From: the human T2T-CHM13v2.0 reference genome, Homo sapiens
Direction: 5' to 3' (one strand)
Length of the DNA stretch: 64,000 bases
NCBI RefSeq assembly: GCF_009914755.1
Contig: NC_060942.1
Shown here: positions 17,331 to 31,021 of the stretch, one piece after another
How the letters are laid out: every line of letters begins with the position of its first letter
How positions within the stretch are numbered: position 1 is the stretch's first letter
Translations under genes and position numbers: made by a program
The notes under the pieces: model-generated
What the model saw: the letters and a program-made list of their open reading frames with translations, nothing else
The model's database searches: none
What the model was told of the DNA's origin: nothing

Positions 17331-17629
17331 CAGACGATGACATATTCATTTGCCATAATGTCTGCATCAAGGATATCCTGATACATGAACACATAGTTGC
17401 AGCTTATTTTGGAGACTTTAATTAGGCATCCAAGAAGTTTCCCAGGTTAGCATACAGAAGGCCAATATCGTGGTGATCTATGCTCCAAAGTTCCTGAGAT
17501 TCAAAACACAATATTGCTAGAGTATGCGGCATCATATATGCTTTGATTTAAAAAACACTTCAAAGTTGCATCCCAGCTTGAAAACTCAAAGGCGATCTCA
17601 AATAACCAAAGTTTTCTACCAGATTTTCA

Positions 17630-17932
17630 TTTTCCCTTCCTCCCCTCCCCTCCCCTCCTCTTTCTTCCCTTCTTTGTCTCTGTTGCTCATGCTGTACTAT
17701 AGTGGTGTAATCAGGACTCATTGCAACCTCCAACTCCTGCGTTCAGGTGATCCTCTCTCCTCAGCCTCCTCAGTAGGTAGGCTTACAGGCACATGTCACC
17801 ATTCCCAGATAATTAATTTTTTTTTTGTAGTAATCAGATCTCATTCTGTTGCTCCGGCTGGTCTTGAACTCTGGGTCTCAAGTGGTCCTCCCAAAGTGCT
17901 GGGATTACAGGCATGAGCCACTGAGCCTGGCC
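17630..17932 (-). mobile_element. Diverged AluJ with CT-rich tail
   Basis: Ends ...ctcccaaagtgctgggattacaggcatgagccactgagcctggcc. Confidence 0.8.
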
Positions 17933-19410
17933 CCATTCTTATATATTGACTAGCATAGCATGTCCATTTCATATTGTACACATATTGCATCCACTGCCTT
18001 GATGCGTTGACATTTCATAATTATATGCACCATCATTTTGCCTGTTGATGTGATAATTAACTAATGAACTGAGAATAAACTAAGTATTTTTGAAAAGTTA
18101 ATGACAGTCAACTGTGTGGAATTATGGATGCAAAAATTTATTGCATTGTTTTAGCTTTCAACATCATATACAATTATATTTAATAGGTGTAGGGCATTTG
18201 GATTCTTTAGTTAATAGAGAGACTGTTCTTTTCTTAAAAATTATGTGAGAGAAAAAGAGCCTGTTTTTATTATTTAACTTTCTTTCCTTTGGCTTACTAA
18301 CAGCCCCTTTTGGTATTAAACAAAAGGCATACGAACTTTTAGATTAGTGCCTCAATTTAATTGTTGTTTGCAAATGTGACAAGCCACAATCTTCCAAAGC
18401 AAGTACATAGTTCTATTTATGGATTTTCTGTCTAGTGCAATTAGTGGGATATAGTTTTACCAAGATGACTCTAACACTAGACATAAGTCTCTTTAACAAG
18501 ATTAATAACAGATGTTAGTTCTCTGGCAATTAAATAATATCCTTTGGCTTCAGTTGCTCCTCACACTTCCCCAGTCAACAATGTCATTCAATGTGAATTC
18601 TGTTACTCTAGGACATGACTCTCATTTGGCTTTAAAGTTTTAGAACTTTGAAAACATATTACTCTGTAGCTGGTTTTGCAGCTAGCCATAGCTTTTGTCT
18701 TGGGGAAATTTCCTTACACAAGATTTATTAACATTAAACGAGTTTTGTTGCCTCTTTAAATGAACAGTATATTGAGTGATTATGTAAACATTATTATTTA
18801 ACCTCTGCACACTCATTGGATATAAAATCACCCAAAGATTTTTTTAATCCAAAAAGCATAAATATTCCCAAGTCACATTTTTATTGTAGCTCAATTGTCT
18901 TAGCCTTCCATTCCTCCAAAATTCCATAAAATTATTTATTTATGCATAATAGGGGAGACCAAATTTTCTATAAAAATTAAATTTAGTCACAGTACATTCG
19001 ACTGCTGCTTAAAAGTCCAACTAGTCAAGTATGCTTACAATTCTGATCTGATATTTTCCATATCATAGCCTTTGCTTCTGTTTGGCTTCTAGTAATTTTA
19101 AATATAATGCCTGCTCCTGGATTAGGCAGTAACATTTAATATAGGTAATATTCTGCTTTTATGATCATTGATGATGGATTATATCAGGATTACAATGTTT
19201 GGCATAGTTTCACAAACCTCATTTTAATACAGTAAGAGGGGTAAAACCTTTTAATTCAACGTTAGAGGGACTACATAATATTTCATAATCATAGCTTGAT
19301 TATTGCTCCATGATGAAATCTAACATTTGTAAAAAAAATTTACGATTTTTCCTGAAATTCTTTGCGTGTTTTTTTTTAAATTCTATCAACCAGAAAATTC
19401 ATTAAGTTTG

Positions 19411-19781
19411 TATATTAGTTCTCTAGGGCTATCATAACAAAGTATTGCAGACTGGGTCACTTAAACAATAGAAATTTTTTTTCTCTCAGTTCTAGAAGTC
19501 CAAGATCGAGGTGTCAGCAGGGTTAGTTTCTTGTGAGGATGCCCTCCTGGACTTGTGGATGGCTTGTCTTCTCCCTTTATCTTCACATGGTCCTCCCTGT
19601 ATGTCTGTCTGTGTCCTTATTTTCTTTTCTTGTAAGGACACCAGTCATATTGCATTAGGGGTCACTCTGATAATATCATTTTGACTTACTTACCTATTTA
19701 ACAGCTCCGTCTTCAAATGCAATCACATTTTTTAGGACTTCAACATATGAATTCTGGGGGTTTACAATTGAGCCCATAACA
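19411..19781 (-). mobile_element. MLT1B-like solo LTR
   Basis: tatattagttctctagggctatcataacaaagt...gagcccataaca. Confidence 0.8.
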
Positions 19782-22419
19782 GTATCTCTTCTGCCTTTGT
19801 CACTGGACTATAGGTTAATAGTCAAATAGTCACTCTTTCATTCAACATATGTTTAGTAAGCCCAGGAATATTTTAGGTGCTGGGAATGTAATAGAGACCA
19901 AAACAGACAAGTAATATTCTAATGGAGAATGTAGAGAGGCTAAATGAGTCAGTGATGCTGATAAGTTGCTGTTGCATTTTATATTAAACTTCAAAGGTGT
20001 GGAAGTCAATATGAAAAGATTATGTCAGGACTTATAAGCAAATCAATATTTAATCCCAATAAGGCATGGCCATTGCTAGCTCTCTAGAAACTTCTAAATT
20101 TATTACTGTTTACTGGCAGTATAAACTATAGTAAAATAAGTTTGGAGTCAATGTAAAATAGTTTATTAGGGTACCTTGATTTTTATTTGCACATTTGTAA
20201 GGTGTCAGGTATTTGACAGAACTTGAAAATGTAAACTGCAGCTTTATTAATGTGATATTTCATTTAAATGTGTTTCATTACTAATGACAGGTTTACAGTA
20301 TCTACTGCAAATCTGCTATAGTCACAGAGCCAACATTTCTAGTTTTGGATTTTTTGTTGTTGTTGTTCAATGAATAAGCATTTACATATTCAATATAAAA
20401 GTGCTAATGAAATGTGAATTTTAAGCTAAAGTTCAGATCTTCATATTTTATCTATATTTCTATAACCCAATTATAGTTTTCTATCATAAACTCACATATC
20501 TATTTATCATTCATAACATTGATAAGTTTTGCATAAGTGAAAACAACATTTAAACATTCAGCCCTACTCAAGGGTTTCCTTTATTTCTCAGGGTTATACC
20601 TACTCATCTGTCTAGTCCTGACTCTACATCCTCTGCACTTATTCAGTTGTCATGCTGTATTACTGCGGCACAAATAGCCCTCTTTGGACCCTCATCTGGC
20701 CTGAGGCCTATGTTGACACCTGCTGCTGGTATCATGGTCCCATCAATTTCTCATCAGGAATGATGCTGGGTGCTCAGGCCTGCAGTTGACTGGGTAGCCT
20801 GTGGGCATTCAATATACTCCGAAGCAGCCCTCTTACATTGCATTGCTTGGTTGGCAGATCAAGTCATCTTTTGATGTTGCCCCATCTCCCTATTTTTGGA
20901 CAACCTTCTGATAAACAAGTCTGTTCTCATTTACAGCTAACTTCTTTGCCTAACTGAAGACAGCTCAAATAATTCTCATTCCATTGATTCAATTTCTCTT
21001 CCTCTCTTGTGGTCTGATTTGCACATAGCTTGGCGATGGCAAATGATAGCCAGATGGAGGGAAATAAGTGGCCTATTAGTAAGCTCTGGAAGGGTTGTGT
21101 GGCTCCCAGTGTTTGAAGCTTCCTGTAGAAAGTGCAATAATTGACCATTGCTTTTCTCACCAGCATTTGGTCGAAGTTCTAGAGAAACAAGAAACATTCA
21201 ACCTAGTTTGGGTTACTTGGATATATTTCTATGCTATTGGATTTTCTTTAAGATGTATAATTTGATGCATTAAAAATGTGTCAGAATTTGTGAATTTGTA
21301 TCAACTCTGGAATAATTGTCTGTCACCAGAAGAATAATGTTCCCTTGATCAAAGTGAGAGGCTTAAGTCTTTTGATCAGTGGTTTGAGGTAAAAATCCTT
21401 GATTATGTCTCAATATGCAATATGACTTTAGTGAATAACTCGGTGACCTGATCCATGATTTTATAATTCTTCAGTTATTTGTTGACAGAGGATAAATTGG
21501 GATGGAAATCGGAAATGACTAGCTGTGAAAGCACTGAAAAAGGAGTATCTCTGTTAAAATTAAAAGACATATTTTTCTGTTACCAAGTAAGTTTTAAAGA
21601 ACAGTTTCAGTTACTGATGAGTATGCACTTATCTTATTTTGGTCAGTGTACTGGGCTGCCCTTTGGTCAGAAAAAATGAAATAAAGGAAGTTCTCCAGGG
21701 CTTATTTTTCAGATATTGGTTTTAAGTAAGCAAACTTATAGCCTAATAATATTTGTCTTAAGAGTCTCATAGATATTTATTTCTCAAAGGAATTCGTATG
21801 CTCAATGTGCTATGAGGATGGCAAAAATGAATTAGCTGCAAAAGCAGAGTCTAAGAATTTACTGCAAATTGAAAATAAATCTACTTTTAAACCACCACAG
21901 CGATAGCTAGAAAAGTTACTTGCTTAACTGTCTGATATAAACACTGCTCCACAAGAGAAATGAAAATATATAGCTGGAAAAAAAAAAACCTCAACTATTC
22001 ATTTTCTGCTCTTTGATCTTATTTTTTGGAGAGGGACTAAGATTAAAGTTTATCCTATCCCCCATATACACTATAAATATGAATAAATAAGCCAATTAAA
22101 ATGTTTCCTCATAAGATACACTTGAATTATTAACCACTTAATAGAATGACATACTTAAACACATATAACCTAGCTTTTTATCTTTTTTTTGGGGGGGGGA
22201 AAACATCTAGTTATAGTAATAGGACTTGATATCAGTATTATCTGTTATCTTAGATTTCCTCACCAATTCATATATCTGTGTAGATATAATTAGTTAAGAT
22301 CACTTTAAGGGCATCCTCTAATGATTCTCTTTCTGTTGTTTTCAATAAACTTGTTTTGACTATGACAAAAATGGCTTCAGAAATTATGCTATTCATGGTT
22401 CCATCATTAAAAATTCAAT

Positions 22420-22570
22420 GACATTGGACAAGACAGCATTTATCTGATCCTTAGTTTCCCCATCAGTCAATTGAGAAGATGAATAATACCTAACTTAGTC
22501 ATTGTGAGGCTCAAAAATAGTGTATGTGACAATCTATTTTCAGCTGCAAAGCACTCAACAAGTGATTACT
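22420..22570 (+). mobile_element. MIR
   Basis: atctgatccttagtttccccatcagtcaattgagaagatgaataatacct. Confidence 0.6.
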
Positions 22571-24059
22571 TTTCCTAAGGTAAGTACAGTATCTTGAAGA
22601 AGCAAGCAGTGTGTTGTCACCTGTCTTCATCAGGTCTGCCTTAAATCCATAACAAACCAGAGGCATTTCCAAACCAGAACTTGCAATTGATGTGACGTTT
22701 TTTGTGGTATTTCGTCTCTAGACTTTTTTTCCATGGTTAAGCCAATGTACTTTTACATCTGTCTACAACTGGAGCGCAAGTGGATAGTTTCTCAATTATG
22801 TACTGAACTGCATCAATGTAGGTAGTCAACCTGAATGCTTAGGCCTCAAAGTCTTAGGTTTCATATATTTTTAACATTTTTATCTCAGTAATTGTTTCAT
22901 CTTACTAGACCTATCACTCTGCTTATGACCTGATGAATTAATGAAAGAAGAACTACATTTTAACACTATGAAAGCAGTCTTTTTATTTAGAAAATTTTAC
23001 CTGTTTAATGATTCAAGTTTGTTGTTTTCTCTTTAGTTGTTGAAATGGTTTTTTTAAAAAATAATGAATTATTATAATTAGGGCTACCCAATGAAATATT
23101 TATTATGGGAGAAAATAAAAATAGTAAGAGAAGAATCTTTTAGACAAAAAGACCCAGGAAAGAAATAAAGATTTGCAATACACATCAAACTTTTTAGAAT
23201 TAGCTCTATGGAAATATTTGAAATTATAAGGAAATCAAATCCAAATATGACCATTTCAATTTCATGAATTTTTAAAAATGAAAAGGCCATAGTCTTAAGA
23301 GGTTGTCATCTTCAAGTACCAATACAGGGTATTAATTAGAATTTTATTTCATGGATCAGTGCAATAGGTAAATAAAAAAAGTCAATGTTTCCTCACTTTT
23401 GACCATATACCATAAATTTTAGGACTTACAAGTGCAAGGACATTTAAAATAAGAAAAAAGATTACTGTGTGTCTTCAACAGAAAACTGCACTATTTAGAG
23501 CATAACTTTCTGTGCTGTCAGATTCTAGTTCTATGGAGGATATGAACTTTCATTGCCTTTTACAATTTTATCACTCTGTAAGTAGTTGATAAATAATAAT
23601 AATGCAAATAATTCTCAACTATAAACTGACAAATAGATTCTGTCAGAGGCTCAATTTAATTTTCTTCCTTTCATGGAAGAACAGTTTTGAGTCAATTTAC
23701 AAATTCACTTCAGTGTTCCTAATCTATACATTTATCTGTTCTTTGGATTCCCCTTTGTATTTGTTATTAACATATGCTTGGCTTCTTCATAATAATGAAT
23801 TAATAAAATCTTTAAAATGTGTTCATTTTATATTTGCATGAAAATCATAATTTTATTTTTATTTGAAAATTTCCCGTTGAACATTTTGTATGTATCCAAT
23901 ACATACAAAAGCACTTAGTGATTCCGCATCTCATACCATTCTTTGGAATTTGTTTTCTAGAAAATTTTAAAAATTGAATTTAAAAATTGAATTAATTAAT
24001 TTAAAAATTGAATTCAGGTTTTATTTAGTTTCATTGGTAATTGCATGGTTAACCAATAA

Positions 24060-24600
24060 ACAGTGAGCTTTCAGTTACAGGACGTTTTCAAGACAACTTT
24101 GGCTATTAGAAAGTACTTTTCTTTATCAAGCCAAAATCTTGATGCAATTTTTAACTGTTGGTTCTAGTTCTATTTCTTATGGCTTCACAGACCAAATATC
24201 CCCATTGCCACATCATGGTACTTCAAAATAGTTACATTTACTATTAGCTTTTTTCCTCCTTCCAGGATAAATCTCCTGTATTCTTTACCCATTCCTCATT
24301 TGAGATGGATTAAAATTCCACAATTATCTTAAACACTCTAATTTGGCCCTACTTCATGCGTACACCCCATCCTAATTCTATAAATATTCACTGAATATTG
24401 CTTTAGCAAATCTGGCAAGAACATCACTATGGTTATTCATGTAGACAGAAAACCATAGGATGCACTGCTGCTCATCCATGTCTTCTGCACACTGCACTTC
24501 AACACATTTTTGCAGGTTTACATTATTACTCAAGTTCACCCTATTAAATTTAGCCCATTATTTTAATCTCTTAACAACATTTTAAGTCATTAGTCTTGTT
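24060..24600 (-). mobile_element. L3/CR1 LINE fragment
   Basis: ttagaaagtacttttctttatcaagccaaaatc...ttggttctagttct...ccaggataaatctcc matches recalled antisense L3. Confidence 0.55.
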
Positions 24601-25164
24601 TTGTTTTTTCATTTTCCAATATTTGTACGCCTATTTTGTGTCTGACACTGCCTTAACCCATGGGAATAACAAAGATAAGAATGTAAGAGTTCTCTTTTTT
24701 TTTTTTTTTTAAGTCTAGTGAGGGAGGGAGACTGATTGATTAGAACCCAGACTCTTGAATGCTAAACAGATAAATGCTGCCATGAGAAAATAGAAATGAT
24801 CTTATTCTTCTCTTTGGGAGACAAAGATGGCCATTTGATTTTCCGCCCAGCTTTGTGAAGATTAGCATATTTTATGTACAAGTTTAAGTGTAAATATATT
24901 TTTTTGTGGTACCAACTGTGGTATGTTTAGAGATCCTAAAGTATGGGCATGAATAAAGCCAAGATAAATTAATTGCTGCTTTCTCCATTAAATTTCCTGA
25001 TAGTAGTGACATTTTAAGAACTACTGAAGTAAAACAAGGGAGAAAACTAGTTCAATAAGATACAGCTTAATTAGGTCTTTTTATCAATTTATTTGAACAA
25101 ATGAGCTCAGAGTATGCTCATATGACTTCGCATTTAAATACTGGAATTCTTCTAGTTCCATTTA

Positions 25165-26216
25165 CAGTTGACCTTGAACAACATGGGTTTGAACTGTGTG
25201 GATCCACTTACAAGCAAATTTTTGTCAATACATATATTGGAGGGTTTTTTTTTTTTTTTTTGGAGATTTGGGATCATTTGAAAAAACTCACAAACCACAT
25301 AACCTGGAAATATTTAAAAAATTAAGAAAAAGTTAGCTATAAATGCATATAATATGTGTAGATACTAGTTTATTTTTATCATTCCCTACCATAAAATATA
25401 CAGTTATTATAAAAAGTTAAAATTTATCAAATTATACACACACTTACAGATTGTACATGGCACCATTTGCAGTTGAGAGAAGTGTAAACAAATGTGAAGA
25501 TGCAGCAATAAGTCATAACTGCATAAAATTAACTGTAGTATATAGTGCACTTCTGCAAAATTTTGCTGGAGTCATCTCCTGTTGCTATTATGTATGTGAG
25601 CTCAAGCGTTGGGAGTATTCACTTAAAATGCCCTGTGAGGCCAATCATCTCTGGTGAGCAGTTCATCTTTCCAATAAATTGCATATCACAGTAAAAAGTG
25701 ATCTCTTGAGGTTCTTTATATTTTTCTCTGTGTTTTGTGCAATACTACAAACCTTGAATTACACCATGTACCTCTGTGAAGTGCCACTAGTGATGCAGAA
25801 GTATTCCCAAGAAGCAGAGAAAAGTCATGACATTACAAGAAAAAGGTGAACTGCTTCATATCTACCATAGATTGAAACCCACAGCTGCAGCTGCCCACTA
25901 TTTCAGAAAATCCATCTTATAGACAAATGACATGAACTATATCAAAAACTATATCAATAAATACAGTACAGTACTGCAAATGTATTTTTCTTCCTTTTTT
26001 CATAATACCATTTTCTTTTTACTTTATTGTAAGAATACTGTGTATAATACATATACAAAATATGGGTTAGTTGACTGTATGTTATCAGTGAGGCTGTCAG
26101 TCAATAATAGGCTATTTGTAATTCATTAAGTTTGGGGGGAGTTAAAAGTTGTATGCAAATTTTTGACTGCACAAGGGTTGGCGCCCCTGACCTTCAAGTT
26201 GTTCAAGGGTCAACTG
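25165..26216 (+). mobile_element. Tigger2-derived internally deleted element (Tigger2b-like)
   Basis: TIRs cagttgaccttgaacaac / gttgttcaagggtcaactg, TA TSDs, transposase N-terminal remnant (PKKQRKVMTLQEK) near 25810. Confidence 0.9.
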
Positions 26217-26663
26217 TACTTAGTCTTCCTCTTTGTAGGCTGCCAAAAAACTATCTAACTTGAGGTAAATAGAGAAGTCGATTTGAATAAGATCTCGCTT
26301 GGTTTGGCTTCAACTCTATGTGGATTAACAACCTACAGCATGTTTCTCTAAAGAGGTGTGTCATGCTAACCTTGCGCAGATGATTTTTACACCCTTTCCC
26401 TATTATAAACCAAAAGTTAATTTGAAAAAAATGTGGCATTTTGCTATAATATAGTCCAAATTTATTCATGCTACTTGGCTTTGAATACATTTATTTTTAT
26501 CATTTCCCATTTTCTTCTACCAGAAAAGGCAATTAATACCATATTTCTAAATGTTTTAATATTTAGATTTTCTTAGTGTTTGTATCATCTTCCAATGATT
26601 TGTATTTTCCCCTTGCACCCCATTTAAAGGAATTGGAGATGTGTTAAATATTTTCATAACTCA

Positions 26664-26966
26664 TGTGTCAGCATAGGCTGCCATAACACATTACCACAGA
26701 CTAAAAAACAAAAATTTAATGTGACCTTTCCTTGATGCTTATTTGTGGACAGAGAGTGAACAAGAGAGAGGGAGAGGAAGGGATATTTTTCTATCTACCT
26801 TTTCTTCTGAAGCCGCCAATCCTATGAGATTAGGAACCCACCCTTATGGCCTCATGTAGTCTTAATTACCTCCTAAAAAATGATATCTTCAAATATAGTC
26901 ACATTAGGATTAGGGAGTCAACATAGGAATTTGTGGGGATGGGGGAACACAGGCCCATTCATGGCA
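26664..26966 (-). mobile_element. MLT1A-like solo LTR with internal deletion
   Basis: ggctgccataacacattaccacagact...atagtcacattaggattagggagtcaacataggaattt. Confidence 0.7.
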
Positions 26967-27172
26967 CCCATCACAGAATGACAGTATGCACACATTGGAT
27001 CATATTGTGCCCAGCTCATTATCTCAACAGCAACTTAACATTTTTATGTCAGGATTTGATTTTAAATGACTTCTAATCATTTTCCATGAAACAGAAAACA
27101 GTTATTATATCTGCTGCTGGTCTATTGCAACCTAATATAGGGAAATGGATTAGTGTCGGACTAAGAGAACTC

Positions 27173-27220
27173 CCGAAATATATACATCTATGCACCCACA
27201 GAAATTAAAAATGTTTTAAA
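27173..27220 (+). mobile_element. 48-bp L1MA 3'-tail insertion inside a MIR
   Basis: aaatatatacatctatgcacccacagaaattaaaaat with TSD aagagaactc at 27163-27172 and 27221-27230. Confidence 0.65.
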
Positions 27221-28099
27221 AAGAGAACTCTGCCAGAATCTTTACTCTGCCACTTGCAAATGACGTGACCTCTGCAAAGGTAGAACATTAAATCGGTTAA
27301 CGTAAGTTAATATATGTTAATATAAGTCAAGAGCACTAAACAATATGTGACATGTAGTAAAATTCTATAGGTGCTAGCTTTAATATCATTAATATTACTC
27401 TTATTATCAATTTTTGTAGGCAAATCGTTCCTATTTCTCCACCATTTCCCATTTGACAAGAATGAGAACATTTTTTGCATTCTAGTCACTAACTTCTGGA
27501 AGCTTTCTAGTTTGTCTTTGATGCTTTCAGAAAACAGTGTCCCATAACTGAACAGGCATAGTATATTTCATAATACAGTTAAAAATTCAGAATTGGCCAA
27601 CCATGTACTAGATCAAAATAATAGCTCATAGAAAAAGAAAAGTACTTATGCAATCTTTTCTTGATTTCATTTAATTTTTATAAAAGATAGCATTTCAATA
27701 AAAGTAAAATGGCAGTTTAAAAGTATTTCAAATATTAAAATATTGGTATTTAAAATATATATTAAACATTTATATTTTTATACAAAATATTACTAAATTT
27801 TATATTTAAAAATTTTATTTTAACGAGAAACAAGATATCACTTAGGTGTAAATGTTAGGAAAATCCAATCAATTGATAGATATTCACTAAATAACTGTAC
27901 ATTCTGGATTTCCTAATAATTCACTGTATGACTATTAAAGTATGTTATTTCTGAGGATTCGTTAGAATATTAACTCCATCAGAGCTAATATTTGTCTACA
28001 TTTTTAACTTTTTTATTTTCACCACTTGTAAGAGTGCCTGGAACATATGAGGTCATTAAGTAGTTGTTGAATGAGTGAATGGTCAGTAGTTCACTGTAA

Positions 28100-30000
28100 C
28101 TACTATTCATTTGCCAGAGTTTATGACTTGTCCTGGGGATATAAAGAGTACGTGTGCCCATGGAGGGAATGTGCAATGGGAAAGATGAAATAAGCACAAT
28201 TCAAAGTAACTTGTGACAGAGACATATCAACTAAGTGCAGGAAGACCACAAAGAAAGGCATCTCTACTTCTACCTGAAGTTGACAGACAAGGTCAGGAAG
28301 TGATTCAATGAAGAGGTGATGGTTTAGAAGAGTATTGAAAGATGTATGAAACTTTACCAGTGTGCAGGGGCACAGGAATGTGGTAATAATTCTGTATAAA
28401 AAAGAATAAATAATAAGTCTTGGAAGTAGAAAGCCAGTAGTCTCTGAAGAGCTTCATGTACCATACTAAAGAGTCGGAACTTTATCTCATTGGTAAGACA
28501 CTGAAGAATCTAAGCAAGATGTTTTTAGAACGGTCACTCTAGCTGTGGAGCAGACAACACTTTGAATAATGTAAGTCCCTGAGCTTTGCAACTGCTCAGA
28601 AGTATAGTGGAATACTCGAGTCCCCAAATCCTATAGGTTTCAATTAGAGTGGCCAGAGGTAGGGGTGGAAGTGAAGGGTATTTTGTCATTCCAGAGACAT
28701 TCAGAAGCTAGAATGGATAGGCTCGAATGAGGCAAATGAAACATAAGAAAGACTCTTGAATAATTCTGAGATTTCTGTTTTAGATAACTGAGTGGGTGAA
28801 GGTGTCAACAATTACTAATGAAAAAAGGGCAAATATGGCACAGAAATCGGATGGTAATAAGCTTGGTTTTGATGAATTAAAGTTCAGGTGAAAAAGCTAG
28901 ACTATAATATTGGGGTACAGAAGAGAGATCAAGTTTAAATTTAAAATATATAGGTAGCTGGTGAAGGCACGTGTTTAGACAAGATTGTCCATGGAAAGTG
29001 GGAAGGGCTTTGGGTCAAAGGTGAAACCCTGTGAAAAATCAACACTTAAGTTTTTCTAGATGTGGCGAATGGGTAGAAGAATGTGTGAAGAGTCTAGGGA
29101 GGCAGGAAGAGAATCAGGAACAAAGGCATTATGAAGTATCAGATGTGAGAGCTGATGATGAGGTCAAATGTGCTGGAGAAAGTCCATGGATGAAGTCTGC
29201 AAAGTGTCAATTGTGCTGCACTTGCAGAATGCCACTGGGGACTTGGGCAAGAAGAATGTGATGGGCGTGGAAACCAACTGCAGTGTCTTGAGTGATGAGA
29301 ATGATGAAGTGCAGGCAGAAAGACCACACCTTGAAGAAGTGATGGGAAAGACAAGGAGAATTATACGCCTTGACAATAGTCTCCGATTCATTGAGATCTA
29401 CCCCTTCAGAAAGATTAATGCTATTTCTAGATGATTTAGTTTTATAAACAAATAAATTTTCTCTTTTGATTTTAGTCCGAGTTGAGCATAAGGAGTATTC
29501 ACTGAGAAGAGTGGGAGTTGTTGAGATAAAAAGGAAAAAATAGGAGAGGCCAGAGTAAGGACGGCATGTTTTGAGGCAACGAATAGAAATTACGGAGATC
29601 CACGTGGAATCTGTGTGGACACCCAGGATGGGTTCGGGTTATAGAGGATCTTGAAAAAAGGGCAAAGCATCATGGGGACAGGATATTTGTCTGTTTTGTT
29701 CACTCAACAATAGATACTCGACAAATACTGGTGAGATGAATGAATGTGGGATCTGGTGTGTTACAGTGTGGTGGGGGCGGGGAAAATAATTTTACTTTGT
29801 TAGAAGTGGAGTGATGAAAGTTTTAGCTTCAGATACGCTGAACTTGAGATGACTCTCTAACAGCCGAGTGAAAAATCTAGTAGGCAGGTGGAAAACGACG
29901 GTTGGGTCTTAGGTGGGAAGATGTGACTTGAGAGAGACTGACAGTGATCAGCGTGCAGCAGAAAGATGAATCCACAGGTAGATGAGAACTTCCTTGTATA
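28100..30000 (-). mobile_element. Clustered L2 fragments
   Basis: Purine-rich L2 motifs (ccatactaaagagtcggaactttatc, tttagaacggtcactctagctg, ttcagatacgctgaacttgagatg). Confidence 0.55.
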
Positions 30001-30015
30001 GAAACAGGGTTGCCA

Positions 30016-30313
30016 GGCCGGGCGCGGTGGCTCATGCCTGTAATCCCAGCACTTTGGGAGGCTGAAGCGGGCAGATCACGAGGTCAGGAGATCGAGACCA
30101 TCCTGGCTAACACAGTGAAACCCCGTCTCTACTAAAAATACAAAATATTAGCCAGGCATGGTGACGGGTGCCTGTAGCCCCAGCTACTCAGGAGGCTGAG
30201 GCAGGAGAATCACTTCAACCCGGGAGATGGAGGTTGCAGTGAGCAGAGATCGCCCCACTGCACTGCAGCCTGGGTGACAGAGCGAGAGACTGTCTCAAAA
30301 AAAAAAAAAAAAA
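30016..30313 (+). mobile_element. Alu (Sc8/Y-like)
   Basis: Full dimer. TSD gaaa(c/t)agggttgcca at 30001-30015 and 30314-30328. Confidence 0.92.
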
Positions 30314-30317
30314 GAAA

Positions 30318-30431
30318 TAGGGTTGCCAGATTTACAAAACAAAAATGTATTGGATGCCCAGTTAATTTCAGACAAACAATGATAATTTTTTTATCATAAG
30401 TATGTTTCATGCAATATTTGGCAGCACCAGA
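30318..30431 (+). mobile_element. MER53 (hAT MITE) half element
   Basis: tagggttgccaga...gatgcccagttaatttcagacaaacaatg...taagtatg...catgcaatatttgg. Confidence 0.7.
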
Positions 30432-31021
30432 TAGAAAATATAAGCAGAGCAGAAAGAACACATAATCTACATTTATAAACTTTATCTTGGAGTTTGTGCA
30501 GTACTGGATCTGAGGACTTTTCTTTCTAAATTCCTAAAAGTTCTTTACACAGAGATAAGGAATGGAAGTCACAGGAATATCCAGACAATCATTCTCTAAA
30601 ATATGATTTTGAAATAAAGGTTGGGGGGGGGAGGTGGGGAAGTACAAGTATTCTTTGTCACATTTAGAGGAAATGGATTATTTTAAGATTTTTTGAGACA
30701 ACAAAAATGCTTCAATAGTTTTTCTACTTTAGCAGGAGAAATTCTACTTTAGGGAAGATTTGAGGAAAGACAGGTTGGTAATTTAATTTTGAGAAACATT
30801 GCCTTTTGCTGAAACCTCTTGTCCTCTCTCTTGATCAAATATTGCAATCTTGTTTGAGCCATAAATTATAGGCCACGTGTGAATAAAACAGGTAATATAA
30901 GATCTTTCATTTATCTAAAATATTTATGCCTACTGCATAGCTAATGAAGGAAGGAATATAACTGTACAACTTCAAAACTAGCTGTTAGGACTGAACACAC
31001 ATAAAAGTTACCATAATTTCT

